Part shown: positions 18,943 to 29,624 of the stretch, one piece after another
Layout of the letters: the number at the start of each line of letters is the position of its first letter
Position numbering within the stretch: the first letter of the stretch is position 1
NCBI GenBank assembly: GCA_938083015.1
Contig: CALKCX010000003.1
Span: 14,793 to 78,792 of the forward strand
From: an uncultured Candidatus Micrarchaeota archaeon
GTDB lineage: Archaea; Micrarchaeota; Micrarchaeia; Anstonellales; J096
Direction: 5' to 3'
DNA: 64,000 nucleotides
Position numbers and translations under genes: made by a program
Notes under the pieces: generated by a model
What the model was told of the DNA's origin: nothing
Databases searched by the model: none
What the model saw: the letters and a program-made list of their open reading frames with translations, nothing else

Positions 18943-21138
18943 ATGGCAAGAAAAGAGTATGTTGTAGAAGAAGTTGTTAAAATAATGAGTAATATAGAAA
19001 ATGTTAGAAATATTGCCATTATTGCACATGTTGATCACGGAAAATCAACTTTAACAGATAGTCTAGTAGCTAGAGCAGGTTTAATAAGTAAAGAATTAGC
19101 AGGTGAGCAGAGAATATTAGACTTTGAAGAACTTGAACAGAAGAGAGGAATAACTATAAAATCGGCAAACATAAGTTTAGGTTTTAACTTTAGAGGAAAA
19201 GATTACGTGATCAATTTAATAGATACCCCTGGGCATGTAGATTTTGGTGGACACGTTACTAGGGCCCTTAGAGCTGTAGACGGTGTTATACTAGTAGTAG
19301 ATTCTGTAGAAGGAGTTATGCCCCAGACTGAGACGGTATTAAGACAAGCTTTAAAAGAAAGGGCAAAACCAGTAGTATTTATTAACAAAGTAGATAGATT
19401 AATAAACGAATTAAAATTAGATTCGAAACAGATGATGGAGAGAATTGCAAAGATAATAAATACGATAAATAAGATTATAGACAGTGCTGCCCCACCTGAA
19501 TTTAAAGCTTCATGGAAAGTAAGTGTTGAAAATGGAACAGTAGCAATAGGGTCTGCATTCAATAAATGGGCCCTTAGCTTACCATACTTAAAAGAGAAAG
19601 GCATATCTTTTCAAAAGCTCTATGAATTAGTCCAACAAGATAGAAGAAAAGAAGCTATGGAATTGGCACCATTAGATGAAGTTGTACTAAGTATGGTAAT
19701 ACAGCATTTACCAAATCCTAGAATTGCACAAAGCTATAGAATTAAACATCTCTGGCATGGCGATAGTGAATCTGATATAGGTAAGCGTATGTTAACATGT
19801 GATCCAGAAGGGCCATTAGTAGGTGTTGTAATTGGAGTAGTACACGATAAAAATGCAGGAGAGGTTGCTGTATTAAGATTATTCTCAGGTAAGATATACA
19901 AAGGACAAGACGTATATGCTATATCTAAGAATGAGAATACTAAAATACAACAAGTAGCTATATACATGGGACCTGATAGAGTAAATGTAGATCAAGTAAT
20001 AGCAGGCAATATAGCTGCAATAATAGGTGTAAAAGATACCTATATTGGTGAAACGATATCTTCTACGACAATAGAACCATTTGAACAGATTAAACATTAC
20101 TCAGAACCTGTAGTTACTAAATCCGTTGAACCTAAGAATAGTAAAGATTTGGCAAAACTTATAGAGGTTTTAAAACAGATGTCTAGAGAAGACCCTACAT
20201 TGAAAGTTGAAATCAATCAAGAAACTGGAGAATATTTAATATCTGGAATGGGGGAATTACATCTTGAAATTATTGAATATAAAATTAAGAATGAACATGG
20301 ATTAGATATAGTAGTGTCACCTCCTATTGTAGTATATAGAGAAACGATAAGAACAGATCTAAAAGAAGCTATTGAAAGTAAAAGTCCAAATAAGCATAAT
20401 AGATTTTACATAGTCGTAGAGAGATTACCAGAGCAAGTAAAGAATTGGATAATAGAACAAGGATTCATGGGGGGCAAGATTAAGAATGTAGATTACGTTG
20501 TGAAAAAATTAATAGAATTAGGTATGGATAGAGAAGAGGCAAAGAATTTTTGGAGCATATACGATGGCAACATATTTATCAATTCAACTAAAGGTATACA
20601 ATATCTAAATGAAGCTCAAGAGTTAATTATACAGGGTTTCATAGAGGCCATGCAAAAAGGACCATTGGCCCAAGAAAAGGTAGTTGGATTAAAAGTAAGA
20701 TTAGTTGATGCTATGTTACACGAAGATCATGTCCATAGAGGGCCTGCACAAGTAATACCTGCAATTAAAAGAGGTATATACGCAGCTATGATAAAAGCAG
20801 GTACTACATTACTTGAACCTAAGCAAAAAGTATTATTCCAGGTACCTCATGATTATGCTGGAGCTATATTAAATATAATAAATGGTAAAAGGGGCCAATT
20901 AGTAGATATGCAACAAGAAGAAGAGTTATCGACTATAATAGCTATTTTCCCTGTAGCTGAGATGTTTGGATTTAGTAATGAAGTAAGAGGGGCATCTCAA
21001 GGTAGAGCTTTGTGGTATCCTGAATATTGGGGATTTGAAGAACTGCCTAGAGAATTATTAGATAGAACTGTTAGATCAATTAGAGAGAGAAAGGGACTAA
21101 ACCCTGAACCTCCAACAGTTGAAGTGTTTTTAGAGTGA
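18943..21138 (+). CDS. fusA: Translation elongation factor aEF-2
   Basis: AHVDHGKST, RGITI, DTPGHVDF, NKVD, diphthamide loop LHEDHVHRGPAQ. Confidence 0.98.
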   Translation: MARKEYVVEEVVKIMSNIENVRNIAIIAHVDHGKSTLTDSLVARAGLISKELAGEQRILDFEELEQKRGITIKSANISLGFNFRGKDYVINLIDTPGHVDFGGHVTRALRAVDGVILVVDSVEGVMPQTETVLRQALKERAKPVVFINKVDRLINELKLDSKQMMERIAKIINTINKIIDSAAPPEFKASWKVSVENGTVAIGSAFNKWALSLPYLKEKGISFQKLYELVQQDRRKEAMELAPLDEVVLSMVIQHLPNPRIAQSYRIKHLWHGDSESDIGKRMLTCDPEGPLVGVVIGVVHDKNAGEVAVLRLFSGKIYKGQDVYAISKNENTKIQQVAIYMGPDRVNVDQVIAGNIAAIIGVKDTYIGETISSTTIEPFEQIKHYSEPVVTKSVEPKNSKDLAKLIEVLKQMSREDPTLKVEINQETGEYLISGMGELHLEIIEYKIKNEHGLDIVVSPPIVVYRETIRTDLKEAIESKSPNKHNRFYIVVERLPEQVKNWIIEQGFMGGKIKNVDYVVKKLIELGMDREEAKNFWSIYDGNIFINSTKGIQYLNEAQELIIQGFIEAMQKGPLAQEKVVGLKVRLVDAMLHEDHVHRGPAQVIPAIKRGIYAAMIKAGTTLLEPKQKVLFQVPHDYAGAILNIINGKRGQLVDMQQEEELSTIIAIFPVAEMFGFSNEVRGASQGRALWYPEYWGFEELPRELLDRTVRSIRERKGLNPEPPTVEVFLE

Positions 21139-21148
21139 TCTCTATTAA

Positions 21149-22282
21149 ATGGACCCAAAAGAATACGAATTTAATAAGATAATTAAAAAGATTAAGCAGT
21201 TTAAAGGCACAGGTACTCAACTTGTTAGCGTATACATTCCTGCAGATTATCCTATTGGAGAAGTAGCTGCTAAACTAAGATCAGAGATATCTCAAGCAGA
21301 GAATATAAAGTCAAAACAAACTAGAACAAAGGTAATTGGGGCTTTAGAAAGAATATTAAATGCTTTAAAAGGATTTAAGAATACCCCACCTAATGGTCTT
21401 GTAGTATTTGCAGGTGATGTATCAGAAGATCCTTCTAGAGAGAATATTATTACAATTACTTTAGAACCTATAAAAAAATTAAATCAAAGCATATATAGAT
21501 GTGATTCATCATTTTATTTAGAACCATTAGAGAATATGCTCGCTCAAAGAGATAAATATGGATTGGTAGTTATCGATGGAAAAGAGGCAACATTGGCATT
21601 ACTCGATGGTGTAAATTATTACATATTGGATGAAATAGAAAGTCATGCACATTCTAAAGTTAGAAAAGGAGGGCAATCAGCTAGAAGATATGAGCGATTG
21701 ATAGAAGAACAGACAGAATATTATTATAAAAAGGTCTCAGAAGCAATGGATACGCATTTTTTAAATAAAGTAAAAGGAATAATCATAGGCGGTCCTGGTC
21801 CTACTAAAGAGTATTTTCTGGAGGCAAAACATTATAATTATCAGCATAAAATACTTGGAATCTTTGATACTGGGTATACAGGAATAGAAGGAATTAGAGA
21901 ACTTATTGATAAAAGTAAAGAACTAATACAAGAACAGGATATTGTAATAGAAGTTAGAGAAATAACTAGGTTTATAAAAGAAGTAATAAATGAGGGAAAA
22001 GCCACATATGGATTAGAACAGACTTTAGAAGCTATAAACAACAGAAGGGCCGAGAAGGTATTGGTATCGTCAAAACTAGATATTAAAGTATATATTACTG
22101 AAGATCAGAAGATTAGCTTTGAACCAATTGATTCACCTAAAGATGTATTAGATATACAGGATTACCTTTATGAATTATGTACTAAGAATGGTATAGATAT
22201 AATGATTATATCAAGTAATTCTAATGAAGCTGATATGTTTTTAAATACTTTCGGGGGAATAGGGGCAATACTAAAATATTGA
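21149..22282 (+). CDS. prf1: Peptide chain release factor aRF1
   Basis: NIKS, YRCDSSF and GGQS motifs. Confidence 0.97.
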   Translation: MDPKEYEFNKIIKKIKQFKGTGTQLVSVYIPADYPIGEVAAKLRSEISQAENIKSKQTRTKVIGALERILNALKGFKNTPPNGLVVFAGDVSEDPSRENIITITLEPIKKLNQSIYRCDSSFYLEPLENMLAQRDKYGLVVIDGKEATLALLDGVNYYILDEIESHAHSKVRKGGQSARRYERLIEEQTEYYYKKVSEAMDTHFLNKVKGIIIGGPGPTKEYFLEAKHYNYQHKILGIFDTGYTGIEGIRELIDKSKELIQEQDIVIEVREITRFIKEVINEGKATYGLEQTLEAINNRRAEKVLVSSKLDIKVYITEDQKISFEPIDSPKDVLDIQDYLYELCTKNGIDIMIISSNSNEADMFLNTFGGIGAILKY

Positions 22283-23431
22283 TTATTCTGCGTCTCCTCC
22301 ATCACCAAAATCAACACTTACATCAGAAGTATCAAAATGATATTCATGTTTAGTCTCTTCATCTTCTTTATATAATCGTTTTCTTAGCACATAGGATTGT
22401 AACAAATTAATTAAATTTTCAGCAGTCAATATAGCTCTTGATCTGTCTGCTTGACCATTAACAACTAACTCATGGGGAAGAGATTTAAGAATACGCGTTA
22501 ATAAATCGAATACTTCGCTATAGTTTTCATTATCTGAATGTATAAAAATGTAGACATTGAAATTATTTTCAAAAGGTATGTTTAAATTACTTCCAATAAC
22601 CGATGTTGAATTGAAAACAAACATCTTAGCTTTAATATCTCTGCCTTCTAAATCCCAATCTAATGTAAGAGATTTTAAATGTGAAGTATCAAGAAGATGT
22701 ATAGCTATACTAGTAAGCCCCATCTCTCCTAATTTATCTTCTAGATTACGAATAGTTTCATAGAATTCTTGCTGTTTTTCCAAAATCCTTATACTTCTTA
22801 TAATATCTGAATGTGCCAATAATACTATTATAGCTGGTATATGTTTAGGTGTTAATCTTCTAATATCTGGTGGCCATTCGTTTAAAAAATCTCTAACATC
22901 TGATAAATCATCTTCCGTATCATAAGCTTGTTCAAAAATATTTTTTAGATTATTAAGCGTAGATGGCAATTCTATATGTATAGAAGAAGGTCTTCTAACT
23001 TTTTCAATATTTGAATTGCCTTTAATTCCGCGTCCATCCACGATTTTCCCATCTTTGTCCTTATCTTCAAGTTCAAACATTAGGCCTATTACCATTCTAC
23101 TTATTATAGGATATATATCTTTGCCTTTAGAAACGTATATTGGATTTGACGTATACAATGAAGCTTTTCTCAATATTCCAGGAATGTTTTTAATATGTAC
23201 AGGATATTCTAAAAATAACATATAATACGGTGGTAATAGAAATTGATTAGATGATTTAATAGCAATAGGTGAATATGTATATAAATCTCTCTGAGGTGGT
23301 ATACCTGGAAATCCTATTAAGACAGGAAGAGAGCGTTCATCGGCATATCTAACTCGAGTATTTGGTTCTATTTTAATAATAGGTCTTTCCTTATATTGTC
23401 GAACATTCTTATCAATAATTATCTCATGCAT
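22283..23431 (-). CDS. Hypothetical protein (382 aa, acidic tail)
   Basis: Long ORF exactly filling the gap, with a TTTAAA box upstream; no confident family, weak ACT-like segment HIKNIPGIL. Confidence 0.7.
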   Translation of the reverse strand: MHEIIIDKNVRQYKERPIIKIEPNTRVRYADERSLPVLIGFPGIPPQRDLYTYSPIAIKSSNQFLLPPYYMLFLEYPVHIKNIPGILRKASLYTSNPIYVSKGKDIYPIISRMVIGLMFELEDKDKDGKIVDGRGIKGNSNIEKVRRPSSIHIELPSTLNNLKNIFEQAYDTEDDLSDVRDFLNEWPPDIRRLTPKHIPAIIVLLAHSDIIRSIRILEKQQEFYETIRNLEDKLGEMGLTSIAIHLLDTSHLKSLTLDWDLEGRDIKAKMFVFNSTSVIGSNLNIPFENNFNVYIFIHSDNENYSEVFDLLTRILKSLPHELVVNGQADRSRAILTAENLINLLQSYVLRKRLYKEDEETKHEYHFDTSDVSVDFGDGGDAE

Positions 23432-23462
23432 ATATTTATTTTATTAAATATGTTTAAAATCC

Positions 23463-24053
23463 TTAGTATATGTTTAGCAATGTTTTAAAGTCTCTTTTTA
23501 TGTAATCTTTTACCAATCTTAACAATTCTTCAGCTGTATATTGAAAATTTGTTTCAAAGAATACCTTGTATTTATTCTCATCTAACATTTCATAAGAGGC
23601 AAGAGCAGTTTGAAATTTTGCATGCTTAAACCCAATTCCCTGTCTTATTACAAATATAATATCTATCTCTTGCCCAGGAAGTAAATCTATAATCTCGTAT
23701 CCATTTTTATTCTTAACATTATCTGGATACCATAATGCAACTTCTACTCCTTCCGGAAGGACCATATCAAATGTAGTCAATTCTTTCTTCTTATTTGTTG
23801 CCTTATAAGCTAATACACCTTCATATTCTGGTTTAGGATTCTTATCTAATACTTTGATAGGTATCATTCCTAATCTATGAGCTATATATTCTATAGGATA
23901 AGCACTGGTATTTGTCTTCATTCTAATCAAATCTATAGCATATACAGGAACTCGTCCCATTAGGTATTTTCTAATTAGATTGGCCTCTCTTGCTGTACCA
24001 TGAAGTATGAATTCACCGTAAAACTTATTAAGATGTAAATCTGTAATTTTCAT
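23463..24053 (-). CDS. rpoD: RNA polymerase subunit Rpo3 (D), short form lacking the Fe-S domain
   Basis: [42 protein letters not shown]; follows S11. Confidence 0.92.
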   Translation of the reverse strand: MKITDLHLNKFYGEFILHGTAREANLIRKYLMGRVPVYAIDLIRMKTNTSAYPIEYIAHRLGMIPIKVLDKNPKPEYEGVLAYKATNKKKELTTFDMVLPEGVEVALWYPDNVKNKNGYEIIDLLPGQEIDIIFVIRQGIGFKHAKFQTALASYEMLDENKYKVFFETNFQYTAEELLRLVKDYIKRDFKTLLNIY

Positions 24054-24433
24054 ACTCTTCTTCCTCTTCTCCCTCCTTTTCTTCTTATAGTATCAGTAGG
24101 TATAGGTGTTACATCTTCAATTCTCAATATTTTTAGACCTGCTCTTGATATTATTCTAACAGCAGCATTAGCTCCAGGACCAGGGATTTTAGATCTATTG
24201 CCCCCAGGGGCCCTCATTTTTATTATCACAGCTTCAATACCAAGATTCTTAAGATCATTAGCTACCTTTGCAGCGGCCTGCATAGCAGCATAGGCCTTAC
24301 CTTCTTCTCTATCAGCATCTACCATAGACCCCCCACTGCTCCAACTTAAAGTCTCTGCACCACTTATATCGGTTGCAGTAATTATAGTATCATTTTTAGA
24401 AGAATAAATTCTAACTATTGCTACCTTTCTCAT
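24050..24433 (-). CDS. rps11: 30S ribosomal protein S11
   Basis: [36 protein letters not shown]. Confidence 0.97.
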   Translation of the reverse strand: MRKVAIVRIYSSKNDTIITATDISGAETLSWSSGGSMVDADREEGKAYAAMQAAAKVANDLKNLGIEAVIIKMRAPGGNRSKIPGPGANAAVRIISRAGLKILRIEDVTPIPTDTIRRKGGRRGRRV

Positions 24434-24923
24434 CAACCATCACCTGATCTTTTAGATTAACAGGCCTATAATATGAAATCTTACTTTCATCTTCAGCTTT
24501 TATCAATGCTGACGGTGAAGTAACTCTATTACCATCTATTGATATAAAACCATGAACTATTAGTTGTCTTGCATGTAATATAGATTTTGCCATACCTTTT
24601 CTATACACTATACTTTGTAATCTTCTATCTAATATTGCCTCTATTTTCAATGACAATATATCATCTATTTTAGCATCTTGGCCTAAGATATTGTAACTTA
24701 TTAACTTATCCAATAATAATCTTTCTTTCTTTACTCTTATCTCTTGAGGTAAAGCTAATAATTTTCTTGCCTGGGCCCTTACATTTCTTAAGAACGCCTT
24801 AGCTATCCACAATTCTCTCATATTCTTCAATCCGTATTTAATCTTTAACCTTTTTTCTTCTCTTATTCGATAGATATCTAACAGTCTTTTAGGTTTTTGA
24901 TACTTTTTATGTAATTTTCTCAT
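24411..24923 (-). CDS. rps4: 30S ribosomal protein S4
   Basis: [29 protein letters not shown]. Confidence 0.96.
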   Translation of the reverse strand: MRKLHKKYQKPKRLLDIYRIREEKRLKIKYGLKNMRELWIAKAFLRNVRAQARKLLALPQEIRVKKERLLLDKLISYNILGQDAKIDDILSLKIEAILDRRLQSIVYRKGMAKSILHARQLIVHGFISIDGNRVTSPSALIKAEDESKISYYRPVNLKDQVMVDEKGSNS

Positions 24924-24931
24924 TCTCTCAC

Positions 24932-25462
24932 CTATTTAGTAGTTGCTTGTTGATTAGTTTTGCTCTTAGTAACTCCTACAGTCATACCTTTTCTACCAGT
25001 ATTCTTTGCCCTTTGTCCCCTGACCTTTTTGCCTCTTAAATGTCTATAACCTTGCCATGAATACATCTTCTTCTTTCGCTCTATTGACATCTTGGTAGCA
25101 AACATAAGATCGTTCATTACAAGATGATACGATTTTCCATTCCATACATCAGATCTTCGATTTAACATATAATATGGCATAATATGTTCATTTAAATTCA
25201 ATAAAAGATTATCTATTTTAGCTATTTGATCATCGTCTAAATTACCAACATACTCTCTTTTATCAATTCCAAACTTCTTTTTAATTAAATCTGCTAAATA
25301 CTTGCCTGTAGTAAAAGATATTCCTTTGATCTTCCAAAGTGCCCTATATAGTCTGGTATTACCTAATATATCAACACCAGCAATTCTAACAATACCTTTT
25401 TTAACATCACCTACATTTTGTTTTACATTAGTCTTTTTAGTATCAGTTTTAGGTTTCGCCAT
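24932..25462 (-). CDS. rps13: 30S ribosomal protein S13
   Basis: IVRIAGVDI, YRHLRGKKVRGQRAKNTGR. Confidence 0.96.
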   Translation of the reverse strand: MAKPKTDTKKTNVKQNVGDVKKGIVRIAGVDILGNTRLYRALWKIKGISFTTGKYLADLIKKKFGIDKREYVGNLDDDQIAKIDNLLLNLNEHIMPYYMLNRRSDVWNGKSYHLVMNDLMFATKMSIERKKKMYSWQGYRHLRGKKVRGQRAKNTGRKGMTVGVTKSKTNQQATTK

Positions 25463-25507
25463 TACTCGCTCACCATCAATTAAAATAAATAGGTAATATT
25501 TAAATAC

Positions 25508-26557
25508 TTATATGTTAAGACCACCAAATAAAGTATTGATTAACATCATAAATATGTATAATAATACATAAGCTATTAGTAATGTGATAAGAAGATTTCT
25601 ATAAAACATTGCCTTATTATTTTCTGAACTAGATATGATCTTGGATGTAAATATCGATGTTACAAATATGGACAGAATGGCAAAATATAGGAAAGCTTCT
25701 TTATCAATACTAGGAAGACCTATTTGAATATTTATAGGTAATATTCCTGCGTATATGTTTATATCTTTAAGTTGTGAAAATGCGTTATATAAAACATCTA
25801 ATAATTTCATAGATATTGCATATAATAAAGGCATACCGAATACCGTTGCTATTAATATAAACATTCTATATGTAGTAAGCGTAGTAGATATCTCGTCTTT
25901 ATAATTCTGTATTTCTCTTATATCTAATGCTAGTTTTTCAATTATATCAGCTAATCTAGCACCAGTCTTTATACCTTCTACTATTATTACAAATGTTCTA
26001 CGTATTAATACAGAATTAAAATCTTCACTTAATCTAAGAATTGTCTTATCTAAAGGAACCCCCGAATAATATTCTTTCATCCTTGCCCTTATCTTCTGAG
26101 AAAACAGTCCGTATTCTTCTTTGGCCGCATCTAAAATAGCTCTATCTACGATATTACCAGATCTTATTCCTGCAGCTAAGTTCATAAGAAATTCAGGTAA
26201 TACTCTTTCAGACTCTCTTCTTATCTTATCTTCTCTTATATCTATTATTCCATTTATTATTAACACGATTATTATATAAATCAATACACCGTATAGTAAT
26301 GTACCTGTAAATACTCTAATAATATCTTTTGATATTGTAAAATTATCCAATACTATATCGCGTAATTTTAGCTTTTCAAATACACCGCCTATATCGTTAT
26401 AAGATATCAAATAACCAACTAGGAAAGATAGTAAAAACATTATTACTAAAAGGCCCCCTAAAAATTCTCCAGTAATTCTCATCTCTGCTAATTTTAATCT
26501 TCTATCTAGATTTTCTATGAATTTTCTAGACAGAATTCTACTAAACACCTCAAACAT
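25508..26557 (-). CDS. Type II secretion system F / TadC-like pilus platform membrane protein
   Basis: LPEFLMNLAAGIRSG, EEYGLFS, GIKTGARLADII plus TM helices; start ATG 26557 after GGTGA. Confidence 0.88.
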   Translation of the reverse strand: MFEVFSRILSRKFIENLDRRLKLAEMRITGEFLGGLLVIMFLLSFLVGYLISYNDIGGVFEKLKLRDIVLDNFTISKDIIRVFTGTLLYGVLIYIIIVLIINGIIDIREDKIRRESERVLPEFLMNLAAGIRSGNIVDRAILDAAKEEYGLFSQKIRARMKEYYSGVPLDKTILRLSEDFNSVLIRRTFVIIVEGIKTGARLADIIEKLALDIREIQNYKDEISTTLTTYRMFILIATVFGMPLLYAISMKLLDVLYNAFSQLKDINIYAGILPINIQIGLPSIDKEAFLYFAILSIFVTSIFTSKIISSSENNKAMFYRNLLITLLIAYVLLYIFMMLINTLFGGLNI

Positions 26558-26566
26558 CTTGATCAC

Positions 26567-27373
26567 CTATTCAAATAGACTATATCTAGGTTTAGAATAA
26601 GTAATAAAGCGATAGAATAGGTATTGAATAAGAGTTACTAACATTAACATTAGGAAAAGATGAATTACATTAAAATCTGCAGCTCTACCTGTAAATGACA
26701 ATATTATCAACAATATAGGTAAAGACAATGTAGGCAAGATAATAGCTATTAACATATACATAAGCATTAGGGGATTTAATCTAAAACCATATTTTCTATA
26801 TTCGTTCATCTTTTCATTTGTAATCTGTTTCTCTAATTCTTCTAATATCTTAGCTAAATCTGCACCAGAATCTATTGCACTGGCTATCTGTAATAATACG
26901 AATTTCATATAATTACTGGGTGTTTGAGCAGCTTCATCTCTCAATGCCTTACTAGCAGGTACTCCTGATGCAATCTGTTTTGCCAATTTCTCCATTACTT
27001 CACTAGCTTTACCATATCCTTTAGATGTAAGTAAAAAGATGTTATAACTAGGTACACCTGCTCTAAGTAATACCACCATGTGTTTTAACAAAAATCCTAA
27101 TTCATATTCTATATTTTTCCTATATATTTCAATTTTCACATCTACCTCTTTTAAATTTATCATATACCACATTAAAAGGTTCAAAAGATAAATTAAGAAT
27201 ATTGTTATAATTAAAATGTAAAAATCTAGATTAATATTGGAAAGCAATATTAGAATTGTTATTACTACTGTGGATAACAAAGCATAGAATAAAGCTAATA
27301 TAAATGCCCGTCTTACATATTCTGAGACAGACATATTATATGATACTATTTTAAGTTTTTCAGCTAGCTGCAT
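26567..27373 (-). CDS. Type II secretion system F / TadB-TadC-like membrane protein
   Basis: LLRAGVP, GYGKASE, SGVPASKAL, AIDSGADLAKIL plus TM helices. Confidence 0.88.
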   Translation of the reverse strand: MQLAEKLKIVSYNMSVSEYVRRAFILALFYALLSTVVITILILLSNINLDFYILIITIFLIYLLNLLMWYMINLKEVDVKIEIYRKNIEYELGFLLKHMVVLLRAGVPSYNIFLLTSKGYGKASEVMEKLAKQIASGVPASKALRDEAAQTPSNYMKFVLLQIASAIDSGADLAKILEELEKQITNEKMNEYRKYGFRLNPLMLMYMLIAIILPTLSLPILLIILSFTGRAADFNVIHLFLMLMLVTLIQYLFYRFITYSKPRYSLFE

Positions 27374-27394
27374 ATTGTTTATTTATATAAATAG

Positions 27395-28156
27395 TTATTT
27401 ATAATTATCATCAAGATAAGCTTTGATGATATGTTCTGGTACATTCTTCTGTTTCAAGTAATAATACTTTGCCTTTAACAATGCCTCTTTTTTATCTATC
27501 TGTTTTAGAGAATATTTCCTAAATGTTTCAGGATCGTTTTTTATAAGATACAAAAACAACGAGGCCTCTGGTATTTTCTCCATATTTTCAATGATATTTT
27601 TATACATATCAACTTCAACGTTTTCTTTAACATTTTCTTTAACAACATTGCCTAATCTTGCCAACATCTCTGATCTAATTTTTTCATCCATAATTCCTTT
27701 CTGTTCTAAAATATAATCGATTATAATTTTTGGATCTTCAGTCTTACTATATGTTTTTAGCATCTTAATCCTGTTTATTAGAATTTGCTTTTTACTATTA
27801 CTAGTTTCCATTCTATATAGATTGGATAGACGAGTTAATTCCTTACTTAGATTTGTAACTATCTGTCGGTATTCTTCAATTAATTCATCTATATTATAAG
27901 TCTTCTTCTCTTCTTTTACTTCCATTTCTTCTATCTTCTTTTCTAACTCTTTCCATTCGTCAATCTCTGTAGTTTTTTCTATAACAGGTTGTTGAATAGG
28001 TTCTTGTATAGATTTTGTAATCGATCCCAATGAAACTAATCTCCAAAAATAGCTTAGATCCGATTCAAATATATCTTCTTCATATATCTTAATAGTCGAT
28101 ATTTGTATAGGTTGATGGGCAACTATTACCTGGCCTTTTTGGAATATATCACTCAT
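27395..28156 (-). CDS. Hypothetical charged/coiled-coil protein within the pilus operon
   Basis: Lies between the ATPase and platform genes, overlapping the ATPase stop; start set at ATG 28156 after GGTGG; Glu/Lys-rich helical sequence. Confidence 0.7.
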   Translation of the reverse strand: MSDIFQKGQVIVAHQPIQISTIKIYEEDIFESDLSYFWRLVSLGSITKSIQEPIQQPVIEKTTEIDEWKELEKKIEEMEVKEEKKTYNIDELIEEYRQIVTNLSKELTRLSNLYRMETSNSKKQILINRIKMLKTYSKTEDPKIIIDYILEQKGIMDEKIRSEMLARLGNVVKENVKENVEVDMYKNIIENMEKIPEASLFLYLIKNDPETFRKYSLKQIDKKEALLKAKYYYLKQKNVPEHIIKAYLDDNYK

Positions 28157-29624
28157 CGAATTCCCACCTTCTGTTATTAGCTGCAAATTCAAGTATTTCA
28201 TCTGGATTACGATAGTATCGCGATACTAAGTATCCTACTTTATCTACATCATAATATTCATTAGCTACCATCCAATTCAATACATGTTCTTTTTCTTTTA
28301 TATCTAACATTACCTCTTCTTCTTTCCAACCTAAATATATCTCAAATAGTTCATAAGTCTTCTTCATTCTACGTTTTTCATAATTCTTCTTCTTAAAATT
28401 ATACCTATATACTATATTTACCTCTCCATTATCTAATACTTCTGCAATTTCAAATGTTTTTCTCTCATTAGTTCGTCTATTTCTAACTTGTACCATAATT
28501 ATACCAAGACTATCTAGCATCTCTTTAGGTAAATTAATAGGCGGAGTTGTTAATCGATTTACAGCTTGTACTGAACTATCGGCGTGTATAGTAGAATATA
28601 CACTATGACCAGTTCTCATAGCTTCAAACATTATCTCAGCTTCTTTCTGTTTTCTTACTTCTCCAACTAATATTCTATCAGGTCTCATTCTAAGACTATT
28701 TACTAATAAATCTAACATACTTATTTCTCCTTTTCCTTCTGGATTTGGCTGTCTTACAACCATAGGTACCCATTGTAAATACTTAGGTAATGTCAATTCT
28801 CGAGTATCCTCTATCGAGATTATTCTCTGATTAGCTGGTATGAATTCTGCTATACTGTTTAATACAGATGTTTTTCCAGATCCAGTGCCCCCTGCTATTA
28901 ATATAGATATCTCGTTTTGTACATAACTCCATATCAAAGCAGCTATTTCAGAACTTAGAGTATTACTTGATATCAATCTAGTTATAGACCACGGGTTTTT
29001 AGAGAATTTTCTAATAGTTATAGTATTACCTGATGTTGAAATAGGATAAAGTGTGGCGTTTACTCTACTACCATCTGGTAATGTAGCATCTAATAATGGG
29101 TTAAGTATGTTTATCTGTCTTCCTATTCTTCTAGCAATTGTAGAAGCATAATTAAAAATATCTTCATCTTTTCTAATTACTAAATTGCTTTTACACCATC
29201 CTATTTTCTTATGATAGACCCATATAGGTTGCCCAGGACCATTAACGCAGATCTCTTCTATGTTTTCATCATAACTTATCAATTCTAATTCTCCTAATCC
29301 TATTGTAGTTAATAATAAATATTCTGTTAGAATATTCAAAGATCTTTGATCTATATCTTTGAAGTTTTCTTTTAAAATTTTAATAGATACCTCTTTATAT
29401 ACTTCTCTAACATATTCATATTTATTTGGATCTAATAAATCTCGAATGTCAATGTTGGCTTTTTGTATTAAATCGTATCTTATTTTATTATCTATTATTA
29501 TTTTCGTTGGATCGCTTAATGACGGAATTTTAACTTCGTATATTGGTACAAATTCTTCATCTTTATGATATATATTAACGTTTATTGGAAAATCTTGATT
29601 ACCGATAGTATACTGTAAATTCAT
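28149..29624 (-). CDS. Type IV pilus / Tad secretion ATPase (CpaF/TadA/VirB11 family)
   Basis: LDATLPDGSRVNAT, TIRKF, GGTGSGKT, SIEDTREL, LRMRPDRILVGEVR, TGH..STIHA. Confidence 0.95.
   Translation of the reverse strand: MNLQYTIGNQDFPINVNIYHKDEEFVPIYEVKIPSLSDPTKIIIDNKIRYDLIQKANIDIRDLLDPNKYEYVREVYKEVSIKILKENFKDIDQRSLNILTEYLLLTTIGLGELELISYDENIEEICVNGPGQPIWVYHKKIGWCKSNLVIRKDEDIFNYASTIARRIGRQINILNPLLDATLPDGSRVNATLYPISTSGNTITIRKFSKNPWSITRLISSNTLSSEIAALIWSYVQNEISILIAGGTGSGKTSVLNSIAEFIPANQRIISIEDTRELTLPKYLQWVPMVVRQPNPEGKGEISMLDLLVNSLRMRPDRILVGEVRKQKEAEIMFEAMRTGHSVYSTIHADSSVQAVNRLTTPPINLPKEMLDSLGIIMVQVRNRRTNERKTFEIAEVLDNGEVNIVYRYNFKKKNYEKRRMKKTYELFEIYLGWKEEEVMLDIKEKEHVLNWMVANEYYDVDKVGYLVSRYYRNPDEILEFAANNRRWEFDE

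Noticed and set aside
20710..20760. Loss of the diphthamide target in EF-2 (HEDHVHRG variant)
   Set aside because: The target His in HRG is retained; only neighbouring variable residues differ.
25508..29624. Archaellum (FlaI/FlaJ) or conjugation locus
   Set aside because: No FlaH, archaellins, VirB4 or relaxase nearby; two separate TadC-like genes fit a type IV pilus.
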